Shown here piece by piece: positions 9,007-16,836 of a stretch of DNA of 64,000 bases; positions within the stretch are counted from its first letter, which is position 1; every line of letters begins with the position of its first letter. The notes under the pieces were generated by a model. That model was not told where the DNA came from. It ran no database searches and saw only the letters and a program-made list of their open reading frames with translations. Location: contig JBGSSW010000016.1 of NCBI GenBank assembly GCA_041736805.1, positions 66,526 to 130,525 of the forward strand, in the 5' to 3' direction. This DNA is from Minisyncoccia bacterium (GTDB taxonomy: Bacteria; Patescibacteriota; Minisyncoccia; Phycocordibacterales; UBA918). The position numbers and the translations under genes were made by a program.

Positions 9007-10746
9007 TTAAAATATGTCGTTAACCGAAACGTTAGTCAGTGCTTTAATAGGAAGCAGGCTATCAACTTTATTAAAAGTTTCGTATATAACCCCGTAATCC
9101 TTTTTGGTTAGACCAAACAAAGTTGCCACTAGACGCTCTATTTTAGCATCAATGGACTTTGGTACAACCTTATTGTTTTCAAGGTATGGCTTTAAAGTTG
9201 AGACAATTGCCTTTGAAATCTTTCCAAAAGATGCAGATTTTATATCTGGGAATGGTAAGTTAAGAATTTGACCTTGTGTTAAATAAGGATGAGAGCGCCA
9301 TTCAGTTTCACCGTATTTTTTGAGTAAAAAATAATACATCGCTCTTGAGTTAATTACACTCAACACTAACTCAATTGGAGCCGTCTCACTTGCCGGACTT
9401 TCTTTAGGTCTAAACATATACACAACCTGATTTGTGAGCGATTGTGTGTAATCAATAGATGCTGTAATTCCAACGCCAGTTTTGCGGACAATAATTTTTG
9501 GTTCGTAGTAAACACTAATATCCTTGTAGTTTATTCCTTTATTATCGACAGAAATCCAGTACTCAGAAGATATTGAGTAGCGTCGAATACTCTCACCTAC
9601 TAGGAGGGGCTTTGATCCTTTAAATTTTTTCTTACTAACAATATTTTGAACTTCGACTTTAGATAAGTCTGAATTTTTGGCGCAATGGTTACACTTAGGG
9701 CGCAGACTGTTTGGGTATGGGTTCCACTGACTACAGTAGTCACACTTATATACCTTCCCTGATTTAGACAATTCTACCCCTCTTGATGAAGATACGAAGT
9801 CACCAATAACTTTCTTACTAGAAGACAGCTTTTGTATTACCTTTAATTCATTGTCCTTTGTGTCTATATCGAAAAGGTATAGACCAGTTTCAGAAAAACG
9901 CTTTTGAAAAACTTTGTGTGACAACTTAGAGTTTGCATCCTCGTATGATAATTCATTCTTGAGAATTAGCTTTCTAGTTTCAAGATTCAACCGCATACAC
10001 TCAACTTCATTCTCAGCTGAAGGTACAGTGTTTTTAAATATTATTATCGTACATCCTCTACTAACGTCTTTAAATATTTTTTCACCAAGTCGTGCTATAT
10101 ATTTAATTTCTGTATTTTCAGTAAGTAATTTCCTAAGAACCTTTTTTTCGTGACTAAAAATTGAATCTGGAATTATGAAGGCACAATATCCACCTTTACG
10201 AACAATTCTTAGTGATAGCTCAATAAATAAATCAGATGAGTCAAACTGCCCTTTATTTAAAGTGTAGTCGCTGTGATTTAATTCCTTAACATAATGACTC
10301 ATATCCGCTCCCCAGGGAGGGTTGGCAACCAAAACATCAAAACCATCTTGTGCATTAAAATGACTCTGAAGTGACTTGATATCAAATATACTCAGTCTAC
10401 TTTCATAAGGAAATAAGGCATTTATTTTCAGAGTGTTTTTAGCAGAAATTAACTTAGAAGTGGTTTCCACTGCGTATTTATCAATATCTGTACCATACAA
10501 ATCAAAATGATTTGAAAGTTGATTTCGAGACAAGTATCTATTTACCGAGTGAAGTAATTCACCCTCTCCACAAGCGGGGTCAATTATTTTGAGACTATCG
10601 ACTTGTCTGTAAGCGCCTCTAGAAATATCTTCAGATAAAAAGTGTAGTACTTTACTGACCAGAAAATCCGCAAGGGGTTTTGGTGTATATACAATACCTA
10701 AATCACTTTTATACTGTGTTTTTTTATTTTTAGTGACTAAAACCAT
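9007..10746 (-). CDS. N6-adenine DNA methyltransferase, gamma-class (Eco57I/TaqI-like, NPPW motif) with a C-terminal target-recognition region containing a Cys4 zinc ribbon
   Basis: IIDPACGEGELL (motif I) ... LVANPPWGADMSHY (motif IV NPPW) ... CDYCSQW...CNHCAKN. Confidence 0.8.
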   Translation of the reverse strand: MVLVTKNKKTQYKSDLGIVYTPKPLADFLVSKVLHFLSEDISRGAYRQVDSLKIIDPACGEGELLHSVNRYLSRNQLSNHFDLYGTDIDKYAVETTSKLISAKNTLKINALFPYESRLSIFDIKSLQSHFNAQDGFDVLVANPPWGADMSHYVKELNHSDYTLNKGQFDSSDLFIELSLRIVRKGGYCAFIIPDSIFSHEKKVLRKLLTENTEIKYIARLGEKIFKDVSRGCTIIIFKNTVPSAENEVECMRLNLETRKLILKNELSYEDANSKLSHKVFQKRFSETGLYLFDIDTKDNELKVIQKLSSSKKVIGDFVSSSRGVELSKSGKVYKCDYCSQWNPYPNSLRPKCNHCAKNSDLSKVEVQNIVSKKKFKGSKPLLVGESIRRYSISSEYWISVDNKGINYKDISVYYEPKIIVRKTGVGITASIDYTQSLTNQVVYMFRPKESPASETAPIELVLSVINSRAMYYFLLKKYGETEWRSHPYLTQGQILNLPFPDIKSASFGKISKAIVSTLKPYLENNKVVPKSIDAKIERLVATLFGLTKKDYGVIYETFNKVDSLLPIKALTNVSVNDIF

Positions 10747-11410
10747 TACTTAATTTTAGCACGTCACTCATTCATTTTTTGTAGTTATCCAAAATTTTAG
10801 TATTGTAAATTAAGGATATTATTAGTATAGGTATCTACATTTGCTTCATCTTAAACTTTGTAAGTGACCACTCATTCTTAGAACGTCCATTGCCTGGCTT
10901 CTTTCCAGTAAACGCTCCCATTCTACCCAGTTTACGTTTATAAAGGTGCTTAGATTGCGGAGCAAATCAAAAAACGCCTTAGGGTGTTTTTTGTTTGTGA
11001 CGCGGGAGAACGTGACTAAATGTCACGTTCGTTAGGATTCGAAGCCGGATTGAGCTAGATTTGAGCTTGCGAAAAATCTAGCCAATTTGGTTACTGGTCG
11101 TGTAACGACCGAAATTCCTACCGCGGAGCAAACTTGACACATCCTTTTGATAAGATAATGTTCTTATGGGTTCGGCATCGACCGGACATCTCTAGGAAGG
11201 TGTAATGAATCATATTCGTATAGTCACCCAGCACATGTTGTGCATCGGAGCACCTGTAGTCGGGGCTCTCGCTCTCACCCAAATCAGTCTTTGGCTAGGT
11301 AATGGTCCAGTGGTACTAAATCCATTTGTCTGTGCCCTAGCCCTGGTTGCCTCGCCGTTTCTATACATGATGGGAGTGCGAATGAAGGGCGGGGCCTGAA
11401 TGTTGTTACT

Positions 11411-11455
11411 ACCGCTTGTACAGACACCGCGTCTGTATGAGCGGTTTCTGTTTTT
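11411..11455 (+). terminator. Rho-independent terminator-like hairpin followed by a T-run
   Basis: accgcttgtacagacaccgcgtctgtatgagcggt forms an extended stem of about 13 bp and is followed by ttctgttttt. Confidence 0.45.
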
Positions 11456-11501
11456 ATACACAAGCGGTTCGAACATCCTTCACCCAGCGGAGCAAAATAG
11501 G
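11448..11501. repeat. Left copy of an ~55-bp imperfect direct repeat (putative att-like boundary)
   Basis: tttttatacacaagcggttcgaacatccttcacccagcggagcaaaa aligns with 16781-16836 (ttattttatacaaaaaacgcagcggttcgagcatcacacacctagcggagtaaa). Partial copies occur at 11117-11146 and 17117-17132. Confidence 0.5.
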
Positions 11502-11870
11502 ATAACCCTTCACTTCAGTCATGAGGTCGAAGGTTTTTGCCTAATGTGGTAACTTTCATCGGCATCAACTAAATTCTCTAGTTGAAGACTTAATGACTCG
11601 CTGTCTGTGTCTTAATTCTTTCTCTTTCTTGTCATATTCATCCTGAGCAATTCTCCACTTTGGTACGGAGTTTCTCTTTACATTCTAATTCTGAACTTAT
11701 CTATGAAAACAAATTCAGTTACCTTCTCTAACAGGGCGTTTTTCCATTAGACTTAAGGTTTTAATACCACTTGCCATTTAAATGATTCCAACTTTTATGA
11801 CTTACAAATCTTTAATTTGTTAATGTGGATAATAAACAATTTATACTTTAATAATTGATATTATAAAGTT

Positions 11871-11898
11871 TGATTAATTGTTCATTAACTTAATTAAC
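11871..11898. promoter_or_regulatory. AT-rich TTAATTAA-containing operator-like motif upstream of the ClpP-like gene, followed by RBS GAGGTG at 11899-11904
   Basis: tgattaattgttcattaacttaattaac. A related motif is repeated upstream of the 13262 gene. Confidence 0.3.
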
Positions 11899-11909
11899 GA
11901 GGTGTACAA

Positions 11910-12575
11910 ATGGTCTCTAAAATTAGACTTGGAAAACTGGATGAATTTGAACGTGCTACATTACTAATGGAAAGAGGTATTGACTTGGGTCGTCGAAAGA
12001 TGATTGTCGGTGTCCCATACATAAGTAACAACAGTGAAAGTGATGTAGGGTTCCCCCTTGTAGCAAACTTCTTTACCGGCCTCCATGCTCTGGAACACTT
12101 TTATGAGCCAAAAGCTGGAGAAACTCCAAGAGAGCATATCGATATTGAGTTTGTCAGCTACGGAGGAGACTTGCATGCATCGTTCGGAATATTCGATCGA
12201 ATCACCATGGTGTCTGTCCCCGTACATATCTATGTCTATGGGCCATGCATGAGTGCCGGTAGCTTGATTCTCCAAGCAGCGACCAAACGTTTTATGTCAC
12301 CAAAATCAAGCTTGATGCTTCATTATGGTTTTACTGCAGATGAGGGTACTTCGGACCCCAAACGTCTTGAAGAGGTACTTCGTTATCACAAGAAGCTCAT
12401 GGATACACTAGTCAGTATATATCTATCTAGTTGTAACAAAAATATTCTCACTGAAGAAATACTTCGAAACAAGATTCTTCCGATTGAGACATATCTAGAT
12501 GCAGAGTCTTGTCTAAAGTACGGACTTACCGATGAAATAATCGAGCCAGTAATTCCAGGATTAGCTAGTTGCTAG
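11910..12575 (+). CDS. ClpP-family (S14) serine peptidase, orphan and divergent, with an intact Ser-His-Asp triad
   Basis: IDIEFVSYGGDLHASFGIFDRITMVSVPVHIYVYGPCMSAGSLILQAATKRFMSPKSSLMLHYG aligns with the E. coli ClpP segment [66 protein letters not shown]. The C-terminal YGLTDEII aligns with YGLVDSIL. Confidence 0.75.
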   Translation: MVSKIRLGKLDEFERATLLMERGIDLGRRKMIVGVPYISNNSESDVGFPLVANFFTGLHALEHFYEPKAGETPREHIDIEFVSYGGDLHASFGIFDRITMVSVPVHIYVYGPCMSAGSLILQAATKRFMSPKSSLMLHYGFTADEGTSDPKRLEEVLRYHKKLMDTLVSIYLSSCNKNILTEEILRNKILPIETYLDAESCLKYGLTDEIIEPVIPGLASC

Positions 12576-12608
12576 CAACAAAAAGGGTGGCGTCTGTCAC
12601 CCTTTTAC

Positions 12609-13085
12609 TTATTTATTCTTTAATAGACTCTCATTTTTAATAACCTTCTTCAAAACAGAAACAAAATTTTCATACTCATCTGAATCAAGATTTTTTAGAA
12701 GGGGCTCAAAAAAGACTAAAAACTGTTGTTGTGAGAGAGATAGAATCTTTTTACCCTCTTTTGTTATACACATACTTTTTTTTCGTTTATCTCCACCATT
12801 TGCAATGATTGAAATAAGACCACGATTCTCCAATTTAGTTCCTATGACAGTTAAAAATGAATCCTGAATTCCTAACTCTTCAGCAACATCTGAAAAAGAC
12901 ACGAAGTCACCTTTATGATCGAGAAAACCAAGAAGAATCCAGTCTCCAGTATTGAGCTCAAATACTCTTAGAGCTCTTGTCATGTAGCTTTTTGTAATTC
13001 TATGAAATTTACTTTGTAACAAAGCGACTTTTGTTGCCTTTTGTATAAAAGGTATTTTCAAGGAAAACTTATTGATCATAAGCAA
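12609..13085 (-). CDS. MarR-family winged-helix transcriptional regulator, divergent from the 13262 operon
   Basis: Size is 158 aa. It has the central wHTH pattern (FSDVAEELGIQDSFLTVIGTKLENRGLISI...GDKRKK) and is divergently arranged with a shared intergenic region carrying repeated motifs. Confidence 0.6.
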   Translation of the reverse strand: MLMINKFSLKIPFIQKATKVALLQSKFHRITKSYMTRALRVFELNTGDWILLGFLDHKGDFVSFSDVAEELGIQDSFLTVIGTKLENRGLISIIANGGDKRKKSMCITKEGKKILSLSQQQFLVFFEPLLKNLDSDEYENFVSVLKKVIKNESLLKNK

Positions 13086-13170
13086 TATTGTATCTCAAAA
13101 TAATTACATAGCAAATTTTTTCCACATCTGAGATTTGTTAATAGATAGTTAAGTTAGTAAACTATAAAGT

Positions 13171-13223
13171 AGATTAATTAAGTTAATGAATAATTAAGTT
13201 AATTAATTGTTAGTTCCTTGACA
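13171..13223. promoter_or_regulatory. Divergent promoter/operator region: direct repeats of taattaagttaat plus a TTGACA -35-like hexamer (13218-13223)
   Basis: agattaattaagttaatgaataattaagttaattaattgttagttccttgaca lies between the divergent MarR gene and the 665-aa gene. Confidence 0.3.
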
Positions 13224-13261
13224 TTTATCTTCCCGCTTACCTTTACTAAAGGAATTTTATC

Positions 13262-15259
13262 ATGGCAAAGAATGTTAAAGTCCGGAAAGCTGTCTTGGTT
13301 GACAGGTCTAAAATCAATGATTTCATCAAAAGTAATCGCCAACTTTCAAGAAAGGAACTCGCTGAAAAATGTGGCATCAGTAAGAATGCCGTGAAGGAAC
13401 GTGAACATCTAATGAACCTGACTAGGGAATGGAAAATGGCAGAAAAAGCACAGCCCGAAGACAGGCTTTCTCAGCGACAGGAGTTTGCCAGCATCTGGAA
13501 CGATGCCCGAACATACCCGGCTAAGTATGACCTGGAGCGCGCTCTAGGTAGTAACTTTCGCGCTCTGCAGGCAAGGGCGCGTCGCTACACACAGTTTCGG
13601 GTCAACCAGCCAACCCTTGGTTTACCAGAACTGATTTGGCGACAACAAATTACCGGGGGTATGATTGCGGTACCAGAAGGCGTCATACGTCAATTGGATG
13701 AATTTCGAGTCACTCCGGAGTTACTTGACGCTCTTTCTAAAGGGAAAATTTCCAAGGTACTACTGACCGGCTACCAGTTCGGTGCCAGCTTGAACCAAAA
13801 CTTCTGGAAATCCCTGAAACATTACGAAACAGAACGTGGTACTCCCCTACTGGTCTTGCCAATCAAGTACGGCCCAATCAAAACTGTTGCCCATAAAGGT
13901 ACCGGTAATCGTATCTTGACCAGTACCTTCCCGGCCGAGCTTCATGGTCACATGATTTTCGAGAATCAAGTCATATTCAATGATGAACTTGAGATCAATG
14001 TGATGCGCATGCGCCCGACATTGGTTACCTTTCTCACCCCTAGTGTCTGTCAAAGGGGTGGTACGCGGTCGCAGATATTCGCAGCGCCCAAACTAGAGCT
14101 CAAGCACCAAATGCGGATTGGACGACATCAACCCAAGGCCCTTATGACAACTGGGGCAGTAAGTTACCCAAGCTACTCAGTCGATAACCTCGGTCAACAA
14201 GATCGAACAGGGGAAATTGCCGCTCAAGAGCATGAATTTGCAGCCGTGGTGATTGAGCTTGGCAAAAAAGGCTTTCACTTCCGCCAACTCCTAGCCAATA
14301 AACGTGGTGAGTTCTACGACATCAACATCAATAAGGGTGGGGCCGACCTCTTCACACCAAATGGGGTTGAGCACCGTCCAGACGACGTTGATGCGCTTTA
14401 TTGCGGTGATCTGCATATCGGGATTACCGATCCCCAGGTAGAGGAAGCCACGTTCGAGAAGAATGGTATTGTCTCCATCCTTAAGCCAAAAAATATCGTG
14501 TTTGGGGACGATATCGATGGTTGGAGTATCAACCATTATGACGAAGAGCATCAGGGCGCTAGGCGGTCTTGGAAAGCTCAACACGGTCTGGATAGTCTAG
14601 AACGTGAACTCGAGATGGCAGTGGCAAAGCATAAGTGGATACATGCCAAAGTTACTTCCTACGTACCAAAAATCAAGATACATCGCATTGCTGCCAATCA
14701 CCCCGAGTTTGTGTCGGAATACATCGAAAGTAGAAAATGGGCAATGCGAGGGCATGACGTCAACGCCGTAATCGGGGCTGAACTATTCTTGGCCATGCGA
14801 GAAAGCATCAGAAAGCCAAAGCTGAAGCTACTCAGGTCTGGTGGATTTGGAACAGAGTTTTTGACTCCCAAAGACTTGGACGTCAGCCCCATCGACCCAG
14901 TTGTTTGGTACTTCCGCAAGCATTGTCCAGAGATAATTTCCTACGAACGAAAAGATCAACTGTTCTTCCCTAAAGGAGTCAAGCATCCGATACTTTGTTC
15001 ACTTCACGGTGACAAAGGTAGCCGTGGTGGCAAAACGCGAAGCACAAAAGAATTTCAAAACGTGGGGAGACGGACACTGCTCGGCCATAACCATTCTGCC
15101 GAAATCAATGGCATAGCTTGGCGTGTTGGTACGTCGACCGGACGAACCCAACACTACGTGATGTTCCCAGGCACAAACTGGTCACAGTCACACGCTGCCA
15201 TCTTCAAGAATGGTCAGCGACAACTGTTAAACATCATCATGGGTGAGTGGCACGGGTAA
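13262..15259 (+). CDS. Large protein (665 aa) with an N-terminal HTH-like segment and a C-terminal region carrying calcineurin-like metallophosphoesterase-type motifs in canonical order; function unknown
   Basis: The N-terminus has RQLSRKELAEKCGISKNAVKERE (HTH-like). The C-terminal half has YCGDLHIG, VFGDDIDGW, IAANHPE, LHGDKGSRGG and LLGHNHS, resembling the PPP/MPP motifs GDxHG, GDxxDRG, GNHE, HGG-RG and GHxH. GC is higher (about 50%) than the surrounding DNA. Confidence 0.55.
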   Translation: MAKNVKVRKAVLVDRSKINDFIKSNRQLSRKELAEKCGISKNAVKEREHLMNLTREWKMAEKAQPEDRLSQRQEFASIWNDARTYPAKYDLERALGSNFRALQARARRYTQFRVNQPTLGLPELIWRQQITGGMIAVPEGVIRQLDEFRVTPELLDALSKGKISKVLLTGYQFGASLNQNFWKSLKHYETERGTPLLVLPIKYGPIKTVAHKGTGNRILTSTFPAELHGHMIFENQVIFNDELEINVMRMRPTLVTFLTPSVCQRGGTRSQIFAAPKLELKHQMRIGRHQPKALMTTGAVSYPSYSVDNLGQQDRTGEIAAQEHEFAAVVIELGKKGFHFRQLLANKRGEFYDININKGGADLFTPNGVEHRPDDVDALYCGDLHIGITDPQVEEATFEKNGIVSILKPKNIVFGDDIDGWSINHYDEEHQGARRSWKAQHGLDSLERELEMAVAKHKWIHAKVTSYVPKIKIHRIAANHPEFVSEYIESRKWAMRGHDVNAVIGAELFLAMRESIRKPKLKLLRSGGFGTEFLTPKDLDVSPIDPVVWYFRKHCPEIISYERKDQLFFPKGVKHPILCSLHGDKGSRGGKTRSTKEFQNVGRRTLLGHNHSAEINGIAWRVGTSTGRTQHYVMFPGTNWSQSHAAIFKNGQRQLLNIIMGEWHG

Positions 15260-15391
15260 AATCAATAGTAATGATTTTGCTGGTTTATGAGCACTTATTG
15301 TAAACCAGCATATTTTTCAGATTACGAATTAATTTTCGCAATTTGAAAGATATTAGTTCTTTGACATAACCTAACAGTAAAGGAGAAATTT

Positions 15392-15712
15392 GTGAATAAA
15401 TTCAATTTACGTCGTCTATTTGAAAATATGATTAGCTTTGTTGTGCTCGATACAAACATCATACTAAAGGAACTAATTGTCCCCGGGTACTACATTGCAA
15501 AATCAAAAACACTGCGAATTTCATCAACAAAAGATGGTGCTGATTTGGTGAAAATTACCTACGCCGCCTTGATTCATCATCTCCATCCTAAAACCTCCCT
15601 GGAGACTTGTCTGGAGTACGCGGGGGAAATGACCTTAAAAATAAACAAGTCAGAGATGCAGTGGGCAATAAAATATATTAGGGACCATACAATAAAACTT
15701 TCCATTGTTTGA
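15392..15712 (+). CDS. Hypothetical protein (106 aa); its stop overlaps the next gene's start by 4 nt, so it is in the operon
   Basis: ORF track. ATGA overlap with the start of the 15709 gene. Confidence 0.4.
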   Translation: MNKFNLRRLFENMISFVVLDTNIILKELIVPGYYIAKSKTLRISSTKDGADLVKITYAALIHHLHPKTSLETCLEYAGEMTLKINKSEMQWAIKYIRDHTIKLSIV

Positions 15713-16251
15713 AACGGAGAATCGAAATGAAACCTGTAGATATTGATACCGTTCGGAAAATTCCCCTTAAGTATAAAACAATCTATCTAGCTGGAGGACT
15801 TTTCAATGCTGGAGAGCAGGTTCATAACCTGCTATTACGCCTGTCTCTAAGTAAGTACGGGTTCAAGGTCATACTTCCACAAATTGAGGCTGAGAAATTC
15901 AAAAGAGATGACGGTACTTTGGATATGCAAAAAGTTGTCGAGGATTGCTACTCTCATGTGGAGGATCCGCTAACTCTTGTAGTTGCCAACATGGATGGAG
16001 TGGATGCCGAATCTGGGACCGTCGCTGAGGTAGCAACTGCTCATGCCGTCAATGGTTACGCCATCATGTACCGAACAGACTTTCGTACTTGCCCAGAACA
16101 TGAGGCTGGAGTAAATGCGATGTTTCGATATCTAAAGCCCTCCATCATTTACTGCCCTTTTCACCTGAGCTCTATTTATGAAGTAGAAGACAACTACGAC
16201 AAACTGGCGCTGAGGATTGTCGAGACAATCATAACGAAACTTCCTAAGTAA
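15709..16251 (+). CDS. Nucleoside 2-deoxyribosyltransferase-like (NDT/DNPH1/Rcl fold) protein
   Basis: IYLAGGLFNAGEQ (YLAGPFF-like N-terminal motif) and VVANMDGVDAESGTVAEVATAHAVNGYAI (D.DSGTxxExG catalytic-Glu motif of the PF05014 family). Confidence 0.7.
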   Translation: MKRRIEMKPVDIDTVRKIPLKYKTIYLAGGLFNAGEQVHNLLLRLSLSKYGFKVILPQIEAEKFKRDDGTLDMQKVVEDCYSHVEDPLTLVVANMDGVDAESGTVAEVATAHAVNGYAIMYRTDFRTCPEHEAGVNAMFRYLKPSIIYCPFHLSSIYEVEDNYDKLALRIVETIITKLPK

Positions 16252-16270
16252 CATGAGGCGGAGTCCGTTC

Positions 16271-16304
16271 ACCCCTGTACTAATTTAGTACAGGGTTTGT
16301 TTTT
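16271..16304 (+). terminator. Rho-independent terminator of the 13262-16251 operon
   Basis: cccctgtac-taattta-gtacaggg followed by tttgttttt. Confidence 0.65.
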
Positions 16305-16759
16305 GATTAATTATTTTTTAAAATAAAAACTGATTTTAATTACCTTTTATACTTACTTTCTTTTAAGTAGTAACCTCATCAAGAAAGCAGGCTGGAGATT
16401 TATTGTAGACTCTAACAGTTCTTTCCTGAAACCGGGTAATGTGCAAGCACATTACCCGCATATATTGACACTGGGTAAACATAAGTACGCTGTTCGTAAT
16501 TTCAAGCGAAAAAGGGTCTCGTATCTGGAGCCCAGACTTCGTAGAGGCAAACCAAGTAATCCAGGACGCTACCCAAATGCCGACGGTCGCGTGCGACATT
16601 GGTTCCGATGCCATTCATGTCCGCGGAGAAGACGCAAACGGTCGTTTCTTGGTCAAGACGTTCTACAACTCAAAAAAGTGATTCGCGGCCGAGATGACTA
16701 AATGCACAGGTAGAACAGACCGCCACTGCGGGCGGAAGAAAGGACAACTGTCCCGACTT

Positions 16760-16788
16760 CCCCACTTGGTGGGCGTTTATTTATTTTA
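16760..16788 (+). terminator. Terminator-like hairpin with a T-run inside the noncoding block, immediately before the right repeat copy
   Basis: ccccacttggtgggcg followed by tttatttatttt. Confidence 0.45.
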
Positions 16789-16836
16789 TACAAAAAACGC
16801 AGCGGTTCGAGCATCACACACCTAGCGGAGTAAATC
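16781..16836. repeat. Right copy of the ~55-bp imperfect direct repeat (see 11448-11501)
   Basis: ttattttatacaaaaaacgcagcggttcgagcatcacacacctagcggagtaaatc. It shares tttatacaMaa, gcggttcgaRcatc and ccNagcggagYaaa blocks with the left copy. Confidence 0.5.

Noticed and set aside
11205-11476. ORFs 11205-11399 (+) and 11210-11476 (-)
   Set aside because: These are mutually overlapping antisense ORFs in the GC-rich structured block. The composition is artefact-like. The region is better explained as noncoding/structured.
11461-11480. tRNA-like T-arm GGTTCGAAC motifs (also at 16803 and 17117), possibly a tRNA or tmRNA gene
   Set aside because: I could not fold any flanking 70-90 nt into a cloverleaf; there is no matching acceptor stem, D-arm or anticodon arm. 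GTTCGAAC is a palindrome, which fits recombination-site repeats better. No tRNA gene is called anywhere in the window.
16363-16701. Overlapping antisense ORFs 16441-16701 (+, Arg-rich 86 aa) and 16363-16614 (-, 83 aa)
   Set aside because: They lie in a GC-rich noncoding block and overlap each other on opposite strands. They have a low-complexity Arg/Pro composition typical of GC-driven open frames. There is no RBS or motif support.
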